From a virus (Duplodnaviria; Caudoviricetes), in the IMG/VR virus record IMGVR_UViG_3300045938_000125, positions 4,721-68,720 of that record: 64,000 bases of DNA; one strand, written 5' to 3'. The translations under genes were made by a program, and so were the position numbers. Of this stretch, positions 7,604-16,832 are shown piece after piece. The notes beneath the pieces are model-generated. The model had not been told where the DNA came from, searched no databases, and saw nothing but the letters and a program-made list of their open reading frames with translations. Numbering within the stretch: the stretch's first letter is position 1; each line of letters starts with the position of its first letter.

Positions 7604-9348
7604 TGTCCCAAGTAAGCGTCACCTGGACGCGCATTTACGGCAATACGAGTGGTAGTCTTTGGGAAGGCCGGGGCTTGTGGTTTGACACGTCCACTAAAAC
7701 CATTGTCTCGACCACCCAGCAGCGCAGCGTGGCCACGCTCGACCCGCAGCCGGTGGACGTGCACCTGGCGGCCGGCGACTTGCTCTACGCCGAGTGCGGG
7801 GCCAACGGCACCGCCTCGACCACCTACACGACCTGGTTCTACGACGGCAACAGCGGTACCACGACCACCGTGGACCTCAACAGCCCGGCCTGCGGCTACG
7901 CCGCGCCGCTGACTTGTATTTTGGGCACGGCTACCGTTACCCAAAGCACGACAACCGCGGGGGTAACGCTCACGGCCGGCTTTACGGGCAACGCGCTGGC
8001 CGCGCTTTTCTTTAGCCTCGACGGCGGGCCGGAGCAGGTCAGCCCCGTATTCAGGGGCGTGGCCAACGGCGCGCACGTGGTCAAGGTGCGCGACGATGGC
8101 CTGGCCGGCTGCGAGCGCACCGTAAACGTGACGGTGGCCAGCACGGGCAGCGCGCTGCCCCCCGCCCCGACCGGCCCGAGCCAGCGCATCGATTTCGTGG
8201 GCCAGCCGCTCTGGTATCCGCTGAGCCTGCCCCTGGTGCCCGGCGCTACCGTGGAGCTGGAGCTGTGGGCCGAAAGCAGCCACGGCGCGGCCGACTTTGC
8301 TCCGGTGCTCACCCTGAGCAAGCGCCTGGATGCGCGGGGCGAGGTCGCCTTTCGGCTCGATACGCTGCTCTGGCCCCTGCTGCGGGCCTTCGTGCCCACG
8401 CCGGCCCTGGCCGTGGCCACGCAGGTGTGCACCACCAACCTGCTCGACTACTACCTGCGCCTCACCACCACGCCGCTCGACCCGCTGCTGCCGGCATTTC
8501 ACGACGTGTCGGGGCTGCGCACGGCCGTGCGCGGCGGGCTGCCGGCCGAGTGGCAGGGCACGGATTATTTCGCCTTTCGCCTTGGCAGCCAGTTTGCCCA
8601 GCCCCCGTTCCTCTCGTGGCAGCCCACCGGCCCCGGCGCGTTTGCCGATAAGGAAAGCAAGCCCGTGGTACCGGGCCAGCCCGAGTGGCTGTTCTTCGTG
8701 TGCCCGCCGGCGCTGGCCGGCGAGCAGCTGCAGGTGAGCCGGGCCTACCGCATGAGCCCCCTGAGCCAGCCGGTGGTTGATGTGGAGCCGCTGGCCACCC
8801 CGGCCACCGACTGGCCGCACCAGCTGCTGGCCATTCCGCTGCGCGACGCCCGGGCGGGTTTCGCCTCGCTGGTGGTGCAGCTGGAAACCGCCGCCGGCGA
8901 CCCGGTGAGCCTGCCGGCCGGCTACCAGTTCGTGGAGCCGAGCCCCCGCACGCGCTTTCTGCTCTTTACCAACTCACTAGGTGGGCTGGATACCGTGCGC
9001 TGCGAGGAGCGGCTGGAGGTAACGCTCGAAGCCACCACCGAGAAAGTCGAGCGCCCCGCCCGCCTGGGCGACGTGGCCCCGGCCGCCGACCGGCAGGTGA
9101 GCGACCTCACGGCCAGCCGCAAGCTGCGGCTGGCCGTGGGCTGGCAATTCCCCCGCGAGCTGGAGTGGCTGCAGGAGTTGGTGCTCACCCGCGAGGTGTG
9201 GCAGCAGCTCAATGGGCAGCTGCGGCCGCTCGACTGGAGCAAGCGCAGCCTGGCCCCTTACTCCGACGAGCCCGGCCTGCGCGGCCTGCTCATCGAATGC
9301 GATTACGCCTACGCGCCCACCGCTTACGCCCCCGTGCCTTATGCTTGA
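7600..9348 (+). CDS. Tail structural protein with SprB-like repeat
   Basis: FSLDGG.EQ.SPVF......H.VKVRD..GC motif; C-terminal FLLFTNSLGGLDTV matches 61488..63350 (LTFANRQGGFDTV). Confidence 0.6.
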   Translation: MMSQVSVTWTRIYGNTSGSLWEGRGLWFDTSTKTIVSTTQQRSVATLDPQPVDVHLAAGDLLYAECGANGTASTTYTTWFYDGNSGTTTTVDLNSPACGYAAPLTCILGTATVTQSTTTAGVTLTAGFTGNALAALFFSLDGGPEQVSPVFRGVANGAHVVKVRDDGLAGCERTVNVTVASTGSALPPAPTGPSQRIDFVGQPLWYPLSLPLVPGATVELELWAESSHGAADFAPVLTLSKRLDARGEVAFRLDTLLWPLLRAFVPTPALAVATQVCTTNLLDYYLRLTTTPLDPLLPAFHDVSGLRTAVRGGLPAEWQGTDYFAFRLGSQFAQPPFLSWQPTGPGAFADKESKPVVPGQPEWLFFVCPPALAGEQLQVSRAYRMSPLSQPVVDVEPLATPATDWPHQLLAIPLRDARAGFASLVVQLETAAGDPVSLPAGYQFVEPSPRTRFLLFTNSLGGLDTVRCEERLEVTLEATTEKVERPARLGDVAPAADRQVSDLTASRKLRLAVGWQFPRELEWLQELVLTREVWQQLNGQLRPLDWSKRSLAPYSDEPGLRGLLIECDYAYAPTAYAPVPYA

Positions 9349-11116
9349 GCTAACCAGTGACGACCAGCCCGTGCACCTGAGCCCCGGCACCAGCGTGCAG
9401 CTGGAATACAACTCGCCCTTATTCGACGAGGATACCATTAAGGGCAGTTTCTCGTATTCGTTTACCATTCCGGCCGGCCCCAACGGCAAGCTCTACGGCT
9501 GGCCGGAGCGGCCCGACCGCACCGGCCAGCCGGGCGCGCTGCTGCCGGCGCAGCTGGCCGACGACGGCCTGCCGCTGCTCACCGGCCGGCAGCGCGTCAA
9601 GTCAGCCACGGCGGCCAAGTACAGCGTGAGCTTGCAGGCCGACCTGAGCGGGGCGGGGCTGAGCGGGCGCCAGCTGAGCAGCTTCCAGTACGGCGGTACC
9701 CGGCTGCTACCGCGCCAGGTGTACGATGGCCTGGACGGGGGCGGTAACCCCAAGTACAAGCCGGGCTTGCAGGCCCACGCCGACGAAGTGGTGGCGCATC
9801 CGCAGGATTTCGACTACGTATTTGCCCCCTTGCGCAACGAGCACCTGCCGGCCGGCGAGGTGGCTCCGCTCGACCCGCGTGACTACTACCCGCTCAGCGT
9901 GAACTGCTGGCTCGGCACGGGCTTTCAGTGGAGCACGCAGCAGCTGGTGATGGGCCTGCCGCCCGCCATCGGGGGTGGGGTGCTGAACCTGTACTGCCCG
10001 TTTCCGCGCCTGCGCTACGTGCTGAGTAGTATTCTGGAGGAGAGCGGCCTGCTGGTGGACGCGGCGCAGCTGCTGCCCGGCGAGCTGGGCGACCTGGTGG
10101 TGGTCGGCAATGCCGTGCTCGTTGACCGGGGCGATTGGAGCCACGTTGGCTTTCACCTGGCCGACGTGCTGCCGGCGCTCACGGTAGCCGAGCTGCTGAA
10201 CGCATTGCGGCAGGATTTCGGCATCGTCGTGTACCAGGACCGCAACACGCAGCGGGTGCGCACGGCGTACCTGGTCGAGCGCGTGGCCGCCAGCGCCGAC
10301 TACGTTGATTTAACCCATCTGCTGGCGGGTACGCCCGAGGTCACCATCGCGGAGGACGAGGGCCTGACGCTGACCTACCACGTGGACGGCGAGGACGCAC
10401 TGACCAAAGACCTGCTCAGCAAGCAGCCCGACCCCAGCCTGGTGCTGGCACCGGTGGCCACCGTGGCCGACTTGCCGGCCACGGCTCTGATGGTCGATAA
10501 CCCGGCGCGGGGCCAGGTGCGGCTCGTCGAGGACCGGGGCACGTATTACGAGTGCTTTCCCGTCTACCTCAACGCGCTCAGCGCGAGCCTAACGTGGACG
10601 GAATTGCCGGAGTCGCTGCCCAGCGTACTGGTCAACGGCGGGGGCGACGAGCAGGCGCAGGCGCTGTGCTACACCACTACCCGCCTCACCCGCATGTTTT
10701 CGAGCACCATCGCCCCCACGTTTCCCGCGCCGGCCATTTCGCAGCCGCTCTACCAGGCGCAGCTTACCAGCGTCAAGCGCAGCAGTGCCTTGCGGCTGCT
10801 GTTCTACAATGGGCTCCAGCTAGCCAGTGACGGGGTAACGTCTTACCCGCAGCTGGCCATGCGGAGCGCCACGGGCCGCCACAGCCTCAAGCTGACGGGC
10901 GCTACCGGCACCTACGTGCAGTGGCTCAAGACCTGGCTGCCGGTTCGGCTGCGCGGCGTGAGCTACAAGGTGCCCCTGCTGCTGAGCTCGCTCGACTTTG
11001 CCCGGCTCGACCTCACGCGGCAAATCTGGCTCGACGGCGTGGCCTACGTGGCGCGCAAGCTCAGCGCCACGGTGCCGCTCAAAAAGGCAGCGAGCGTGGA
11101 GCTGGTACGGCTCTAA
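9341..11116 (+). CDS. Tail tip / hub-like protein
   Basis: N-terminus (VHLSPGTSVQL..NSPLF....GSFSYSFTIP) homologous to 63350..64000. Confidence 0.65.
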   Translation: MLELTSDDQPVHLSPGTSVQLEYNSPLFDEDTIKGSFSYSFTIPAGPNGKLYGWPERPDRTGQPGALLPAQLADDGLPLLTGRQRVKSATAAKYSVSLQADLSGAGLSGRQLSSFQYGGTRLLPRQVYDGLDGGGNPKYKPGLQAHADEVVAHPQDFDYVFAPLRNEHLPAGEVAPLDPRDYYPLSVNCWLGTGFQWSTQQLVMGLPPAIGGGVLNLYCPFPRLRYVLSSILEESGLLVDAAQLLPGELGDLVVVGNAVLVDRGDWSHVGFHLADVLPALTVAELLNALRQDFGIVVYQDRNTQRVRTAYLVERVAASADYVDLTHLLAGTPEVTIAEDEGLTLTYHVDGEDALTKDLLSKQPDPSLVLAPVATVADLPATALMVDNPARGQVRLVEDRGTYYECFPVYLNALSASLTWTELPESLPSVLVNGGGDEQAQALCYTTTRLTRMFSSTIAPTFPAPAISQPLYQAQLTSVKRSSALRLLFYNGLQLASDGVTSYPQLAMRSATGRHSLKLTGATGTYVQWLKTWLPVRLRGVSYKVPLLLSSLDFARLDLTRQIWLDGVAYVARKLSATVPLKKAASVELVRL

Positions 11117-11175
11117 AAACGGGGCCACGTAGTACGGGAATTGCCCAAAAAGGGAGGGGAATCCGAAAAAAATAA

Positions 11176-11215
11176 ATTTGCCAGTTCCTCCCCAGGATTT
11201 GCCAGTTCCTCCCCA
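11176..11215 (+). repeat. 19-bp tandem direct repeat, 21-bp period
   Basis: ATTTGCCAGTTCCTCCCCA at 11176-11194 and 11197-11215. Confidence 0.9.
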
Positions 11216-11319
11216 AGCTCGTCACTACCGGGCCGGGAGGTTGCCCGGCAGTTGCCAGCCCGGCCCCGGTGGCGGGCTGGCAATTGCCAGGTTTGGGCCG
11301 GGCAGCAGCCGGCAGTAAG

Positions 11320-11354
11320 CGGCCTATTAGTAGGTGGGTGAAAAGTGCTTCTTG
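11320..11354 (+). promoter_or_regulatory. Prophage A late-type promoter copy 3
   Basis: CGGCCTAT-N19-GCTTCTTG, ATG at 11361. Confidence 0.5.
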
Positions 11355-11360
11355 GGCACC

Positions 11361-11762
11361 ATGAAAGCACTGTTAGAATTAAAACGGCAGCCGTCCGCGA
11401 ATGGCTGCACTATTGGAGAGCTGCATTATAACGGCAAGTTCTTCTGCTATACCCTCGAAGACGTGGTGCGGCCCGCCGGCCAGCACGTGGCCGACCAAAC
11501 GGCCATCGCGGCCGGCAAGTACCCCATTACGATTGAGCGCAGCCCGAGCCTGCGCATCCTCACGCCCCGCCTGGGCGGGGCCGTGGCCGGCCGCGGCGTG
11601 CTCATGCACGTGGGCAACACCGCTAAGGATACACGGGGCTGCATCCTGGTGGGCTTCTCGAAGCTGCCGAGCGGTATCAGCATCTACAAGTCGGTCGAGG
11701 CATTTCAGGCGCTGATGGGCAAGCTGCTCGACGCGACCAGCATCGAACTCACCATTCGCTAG
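11361..11762 (+). CDS. DUF5675-family protein (putative peptidoglycan-active enzyme)
   Basis: TIGEL....FFCYTLED...TAI.AG.Y...LMHVGNTAKDTRGCILVG signature. Confidence 0.8.
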   Translation: MKALLELKRQPSANGCTIGELHYNGKFFCYTLEDVVRPAGQHVADQTAIAAGKYPITIERSPSLRILTPRLGGAVAGRGVLMHVGNTAKDTRGCILVGFSKLPSGISIYKSVEAFQALMGKLLDATSIELTIR

Positions 11763-11763
11763 C

Positions 11764-12309
11764 ATGCTGCCGCTGCTGCCCCTGCCCCCCGACGACTGCC
11801 CGACCATCGGCGGCGTGCGCCAGCTGCGCGTGTGGCCGGCCAGCAACGTGCGCCTGCCCGCCTATACCGGCGTGCGCCTGCTCACGGCCCTGACCCTGCT
11901 CGACCCCCAGAACTATGCCGACATCTGGTTTCTGCCCGATTCGGCCGGCTTCGAGGAGCCCGAGGTGCCCGATGCGCAGGGCGACTACTACAAGCCCAGC
12001 TTGCAGCTGGTGGTGAGCAAGGATGACCCCGACCTGATGGAAGCCATCGAGCGGCTACGGGCCGTGCGCCACTTCGTGGCCGTGTACCGCGACGCCAACG
12101 GCCAGGTCAAGCTCGTGGGCACGCCCGCGCACCCGCTGCGCTTCGCGGCCGGCCTGGAAACGGGCAAGCGCCCCGGCGACCGCAACGGCTACCCGCTCAG
12201 CTTCACCGGCCAGACGCCCCGGCCGGCCCCCTTCTATTCCATGGTGCTGCCCGGCGTGGCCCCCATCCGCCGCGCCTTCAGCAGCGGCTTCAGCTTTGGC
12301 TTTAAATAA
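11764..12309 (+). CDS. Tail-tube-fold paralogue (putative baseplate-proximal tube protein)
   Basis: Shares DDCP..GG, V..RD.NG..L.G and G...D.NG..F.G motifs with 19376..19888. Confidence 0.55.
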   Translation: MLPLLPLPPDDCPTIGGVRQLRVWPASNVRLPAYTGVRLLTALTLLDPQNYADIWFLPDSAGFEEPEVPDAQGDYYKPSLQLVVSKDDPDLMEAIERLRAVRHFVAVYRDANGQVKLVGTPAHPLRFAAGLETGKRPGDRNGYPLSFTGQTPRPAPFYSMVLPGVAPIRRAFSSGFSFGFK

Positions 12310-12310
12310 T

Positions 12311-15300
12311 ATGACGCCTCTAGAACGCAATGATTTACACGCGGCTATTGAGCAGCGTTATCCTGATAACAATACCGAACTCATCACGCCGCTGCTGCTG
12401 CGCGAGGGCCTGCACGAGCTGGTAGATTCGATGTTCGTGAAGGCCACCGACGTGCCGCCCACCGGGGCGGTGTACCTGCGCCTGCGCAACGGCAAGACCC
12501 TGTGGCATTTGGGCACGGGCGTGCGCAACAAAAGCAAGCTCTATCTGCGTAAATTCGGCACCGGCACCTTGCCGGCCATTCTGCCCGCGCCGGTGCTCGA
12601 CCCCAACCGGCCGGCCATCCAGGCGCCGGGGGTGCCGTTTGTTTTGCACCCGAGCATCGGCGGCGCAGCCACGGGCACGGCGGAAATTGCCGAGTACACG
12701 CGCCAGGTGGCCGACGGCGACCACTTCCTGCTCACCGGGGCCGACCTGGCCAGCGCGGCCTACCCGGTTTATCGGGACGGCAATTTCTACGCCACCAGCG
12801 TCAGCACGTCGGACAATGAAAAGGCGGCCGTGAGACTCCCCAGGGTGGGCGCGGCCTGGGATGCAGTACTGGCCTGGGCTTCGACGAAGGCCGGCATCAG
12901 CCTACCGATTTTGCTCAACACGGCTACCGTGTTTTGGGGCGAGGACGAGGCGGCCGAGGGGCTGACCATCAGCTTTTTTGGCCGTAACCTGGCGCAGGGC
13001 AACGTGCGCGGGGGCAAGTCATACCTGGCTGTGCAGCCGGTCGGGGGCGGGGCAGTTACGCTCATCCCCGGCAAGGCAGTAGACGAAACGGAGGCCCGCT
13101 TCCTAATTAAGGGTCTGGCCAAAGGCGTCTATAAGCGCTGGCTGCACAGCGGCCACGGCGGCGAGTTCGGCTGGTCGGAGGTGGGCACGCTCACCGTGGT
13201 GGACGTGCAGGACCACGTCATGACGCGCAACTTCGGCGCGCCCGTGTTCCTGGCCCTGAGCAAAACCGATGGCGTGGCCAACGCGCAGGCCATCGCCAAC
13301 ATGTTCCGCACGCTGGGCGACCAGGGCGGCGGCTGCTTCGAGACGGAGGCCGGCGATTTCCCCACCTCCGAATTTATCTACCCGCGCGATAAGGTGAAGT
13401 GGCAGTGCCGCACCGCCGCTACGGGTGGGCGCACGCGCCTGGCCATTCCGGCCGCCAGCAGCTGGAACCCTGGCGATTGCATGATTGCCTCGAACTCGTG
13501 GACGCTGGGCGCACTGGATGGCATCGGGTTCTACAAGCCCGACAGCATCACGATTAACGTGGATGCGCTGCTGATTTTTAACGGCAGCCGGCACATTCGC
13601 CTCGATAACGTGGAAGCCACGTGGAAGCGGCCCTACGACACGGTGAACGTGAACGGCACGCAGATTCCGCTCAACGCGCAGCCCCTGCGGGTGACCAACA
13701 GCCAGCACGTTTTTATCAATAGCTGTAAGCTAGTTGGCTCGGGGATGCATGTGGGCTCGCGCCACAACGTGGGCGTGGGCAAGAGCGGTATTAACCGCCA
13801 GATTTTCATTCGCAACCAAAACCAGCGAATGACCAACGGCGCGGACTACACGGTGTACGTGCAGAACACGTCGGAAATTCTCATTGATGGCCTCGACTGG
13901 CAAGACCTCAACCCCGCCAGCGACGATGGGGTTGACCGGGGCTCCGGCCGGGGGCCGAAATTCGGCGGGCAGGGCGGCATCAACCGTTTCGCCCACGTGA
14001 CGCGCTGCGTCGGCCGGCTGCTCGGGCCGCTGTTCACGGGTATCAACCCGTTTTACGACCGCAACCAAGGCGAAAATTTCCTCTGGGAGGGCAACCGCAC
14101 CACCTGGCAGAAGTACATCGTCAGCGCCACGGCCACTACGCTCACGTTTGCCCAGCCGGTGCTGAGCCTGCTGGCCGACGTGCAGGCCGAACGGATGGCG
14201 CCTGATGCCCCGGCTGCCGGCGTATTACCTGGCCTCCACTTGTTGCGTATCGCCCGCGGCCGCGGCCTGTGGCAGGTGCGCGGCATTAAGAGCGTGAGCG
14301 GCAACACCATCACGCTCGACAAGCCGCTGCGCGTGGTGCCCGATACGACCTCGCTGATTCAGGTGGGCGTCTTTGCGGACAGCAATACGCTGATAGACTG
14401 CCAGGTGAGCGGCAAGCGTAACATTGTCACCGATGCGGATTTCGGGATTCTGAACCTGACCAACCTGTTTGGCGGCGTCACCAATACGGGCGTATTCGAT
14501 TGCGCCTCGGACGACGTGCGCCACGGCCTGATTGTGAGCATGACCACCCACGCCGACGGCGAGAACGACGGCTGCTACTTCTGCGAGTTTCGCCGGGTGC
14601 GCTCGCGGGGCAGTCGCTGGGGCCATCGCTTCCAGGCCCCGGGCCACCCCGGCAACTTGGGCTGGCGCTACCCGACCAGCGGCCTAGGGGCAATTCTGCT
14701 CTCCGACTGCCAGCCAATCGACAGCCTGGTGGCCGACGAGGTGTATGAGCTGCCACGCGACAAAGCCGCGCTGAGTTTGTGGGAGGTGCCGCCCATCGAT
14801 ATGCTCGTGCTGGAGAACCAGAGTACCCAGGACGGACTCAACGACTACCGCACGGCCAGCGGCCCGACCAATTTTCCGCCTATACCGCTGATTCCAGGGG
14901 CGGTAGTCAACTTCGTGCAGTTTGACCGCCAGGCGCCGGTTTCCCCAACCGCGCCCGGCGTGCAGCTGGTCGGCGGGGATGAGATAGGCCCGCTGGAGCC
15001 GCTACCAGCCGACGCGGCCATCGACCCTAAAAATGGCGTGCTCAGCTACACCGGCACCGACGCGGCCGTGCTCGTGCACGTGGAGGGTACGCGGGAAATC
15101 CCCCTCGACCGCACGCCGGTGGCGGGCACTGGTACGGGCAGCGGCACGGGCGCTAACTTAATGGCCGGTGCGGGTATCGACCTGACGAACAACGTCATTA
15201 GTGCCACGGACTACACCGACGCGGAAATCGACGCGTTTCTAGCCAGCAAGCCCAGCAGGCAGGAGCTAACCGACATGTTGGCGACAGTCTATACTAAAGC

Positions 15301-15997
15301 CCAGGCCGACACCCGGTATGGCCAGCTAGCTATCGAGAACACTTGGCAGCGTGACCAGCTACACGACGGAGACGCTATATTTTCCAGCAGCTACCTGCCT
15401 TTGCGGGTGAGGATTAGCGCCTTTGGAGTTTATGTAAGTAACAAAGGTCCAATTGCTGTCACTTTGGGAACGAACGCTGTTCAGTGGAGTGACGGTAGCG
15501 TTTCCGCTCGCCTGGCATTAACTGGCGGGAAGCTGGTTTTTAGCGGGGCAGAGGTAGAAGCGCCCGACCCGACCACGCCGCAAGGCCTGGCAACGGCCGC
15601 CTACGTAGACCGCAAGATAAGCGCGGCGCTAGGCGCTGGCACTGGCGGCGGCACCGGTCAGCCGGTGGCCGACCCGTCGCTTTCCTTTCCCTACAACGCG
15701 CTAGCTGGTACCAACGCGACCACGAGTTGGGACGTGGCCGGCAAGCGCCACGCGGCGGCCTACGTGGAACTGACCGTCAACACAACCCTGGCGCTGGCCA
15801 ACGGTGCAGATGGCTTCGTTGGCACGCTGCTGGTAGTAAATGCGACCCTGAATCCGCTCACCTGCGCGCTGCCCGCTGGCAGCTTTGGCCCCAAAAACTA
15901 CCAAGGCACCCTGGCCGCTGGCGAGCGCCGGATGCTCACGGCTACCTACGCGGCGGGTAATTGGTACTTCAACTCAGCGATTTATTACCCGCAATAG
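12311..15997 (+). CDS. Tail fibre/spike with probable right-handed beta-helix (depolymerase-like) domain
   Basis: >1200 aa, Gly/Asn-rich beta-helix-like repeats; C-terminal ~260 aa nearly identical to that of 55395..59267. Confidence 0.7.
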   Translation: MTPLERNDLHAAIEQRYPDNNTELITPLLLREGLHELVDSMFVKATDVPPTGAVYLRLRNGKTLWHLGTGVRNKSKLYLRKFGTGTLPAILPAPVLDPNRPAIQAPGVPFVLHPSIGGAATGTAEIAEYTRQVADGDHFLLTGADLASAAYPVYRDGNFYATSVSTSDNEKAAVRLPRVGAAWDAVLAWASTKAGISLPILLNTATVFWGEDEAAEGLTISFFGRNLAQGNVRGGKSYLAVQPVGGGAVTLIPGKAVDETEARFLIKGLAKGVYKRWLHSGHGGEFGWSEVGTLTVVDVQDHVMTRNFGAPVFLALSKTDGVANAQAIANMFRTLGDQGGGCFETEAGDFPTSEFIYPRDKVKWQCRTAATGGRTRLAIPAASSWNPGDCMIASNSWTLGALDGIGFYKPDSITINVDALLIFNGSRHIRLDNVEATWKRPYDTVNVNGTQIPLNAQPLRVTNSQHVFINSCKLVGSGMHVGSRHNVGVGKSGINRQIFIRNQNQRMTNGADYTVYVQNTSEILIDGLDWQDLNPASDDGVDRGSGRGPKFGGQGGINRFAHVTRCVGRLLGPLFTGINPFYDRNQGENFLWEGNRTTWQKYIVSATATTLTFAQPVLSLLADVQAERMAPDAPAAGVLPGLHLLRIARGRGLWQVRGIKSVSGNTITLDKPLRVVPDTTSLIQVGVFADSNTLIDCQVSGKRNIVTDADFGILNLTNLFGGVTNTGVFDCASDDVRHGLIVSMTTHADGENDGCYFCEFRRVRSRGSRWGHRFQAPGHPGNLGWRYPTSGLGAILLSDCQPIDSLVADEVYELPRDKAALSLWEVPPIDMLVLENQSTQDGLNDYRTASGPTNFPPIPLIPGAVVNFVQFDRQAPVSPTAPGVQLVGGDEIGPLEPLPADAAIDPKNGVLSYTGTDAAVLVHVEGTREIPLDRTPVAGTGTGSGTGANLMAGAGIDLTNNVISATDYTDAEIDAFLASKPSRQELTDMLATVYTKAQADTRYGQLAIENTWQRDQLHDGDAIFSSSYLPLRVRISAFGVYVSNKGPIAVTLGTNAVQWSDGSVSARLALTGGKLVFSGAEVEAPDPTTPQGLATAAYVDRKISAALGAGTGGGTGQPVADPSLSFPYNALAGTNATTSWDVAGKRHAAAYVELTVNTTLALANGADGFVGTLLVVNATLNPLTCALPAGSFGPKNYQGTLAAGERRMLTATYAAGNWYFNSAIYYPQ

Positions 15998-16693
15998 TCT
16001 ATGTTTCAGTTTAACGCGCAAAACGGCCTGAGTGCTGGCTACAACATCCCCAACGCCATCGTCTTTCTCGACGCGGCCGACACTGGCTCCCTCGTGCAAA
16101 ACGCCAACGGCCTGACCCGGTGGTTGGATAGCAGTGGCGAGCAAAATGACCTGATTGCTGCTGCTGGAGGCGAGCCCAGCGTGGGCAGTGGGGGCGTTGT
16201 GTTCAATGGGAATAGAAGCATGGAACTGGCCATTCCCTTATTTCCTAGCTCGCAGCAAGGGTATTCCGAGTGGACTATGGCCGTGCTTATTCGGCCCCAG
16301 GACCAAGCTAATCAGTACGACTACGCCGCCGTATTCAGCCCCTCTCAAACAGCGGCGGGTTCTCCCAACTTTGTTTTTGTCGCTGGCACCGAGTGGGGCC
16401 TGGCGCAGGGTGGGGCAGGATTTCCGCGCATTGGCAACGTCACCGAGAACCGCGACCAGCTCGTCATTGTGTCTTCTTCCAGGTCACGCAACCGAATAGT
16501 ATCCTACGTGACTGGCACGGGCGAAACAGTCAACACAGCGAATTATATTGATAACGCCATCTGGAATTTTGGTATCTGCTACGGAATGCGTGGCGTAATG
16601 AAGCTGTTTGTTTTTTGCAATGCCTACTATACCAGTGCCGAGCGGCTGGCCTTGCGCGACCAGATAAGCGCCCAAACCGGCCTGGCCTTATAG
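15211..16693 (+). repeat. ~1.48-kb module shared with 58481-59970
   Basis: Near-identical DNA; 209-bp identical run 16175-16383 = 59452-59660. Confidence 0.95.
16001..16693 (+). CDS. LamG/ConA-like jelly-roll protein (fibre-associated)
   Basis: FLDAADT....LTRW.D.SG..NDL...P....G.VF.G pattern. Confidence 0.6.
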   Translation: MFQFNAQNGLSAGYNIPNAIVFLDAADTGSLVQNANGLTRWLDSSGEQNDLIAAAGGEPSVGSGGVVFNGNRSMELAIPLFPSSQQGYSEWTMAVLIRPQDQANQYDYAAVFSPSQTAAGSPNFVFVAGTEWGLAQGGAGFPRIGNVTENRDQLVIVSSSRSRNRIVSYVTGTGETVNTANYIDNAIWNFGICYGMRGVMKLFVFCNAYYTSAERLALRDQISAQTGLAL

Positions 16694-16715
16694 CTGAACC
16701 CGCCGCTGAGCACCG

Positions 16716-16743
16716 AGCCCCGCCCCACCAGGCGGGGCTTTTT
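16716..16743 (+). terminator. Intrinsic terminator
   Basis: AGCCCCGCC-CCACCA-GGCGGGGCT followed by TTTT. Confidence 0.85.
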
Positions 16744-16757
16744 CGTGCCCCTAAATC

Positions 16758-16793
16758 CGTCCTACGCCTGGCTTCTGAAAAAGGCAATCATTG
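16758..16793 (+). promoter_or_regulatory. Prophage A late-type promoter copy 4, overlapped by a 19-bp-arm hairpin
   Basis: CGTCCTAC-N20-AATCATTG; arms 16779-16797 and 16814-16832 abut ATG 16833. Confidence 0.6.
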
Positions 16794-16832
16794 TAAACCA
16801 CCCCGCCAGGTGTTTTACAATGATTGCCTTTT

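Noticed and set aside
7579-8820. Long minus-strand ORFs (also 18253..18990, 13103..13708, 27225..27848 and similar)
   Set aside because: Shadows of high-GC plus-strand genes; no motifs or expression signals
11176-11215. CRISPR array
   Set aside because: Only two 19-bp units with a 2-nt gap; no spacers or cas genes
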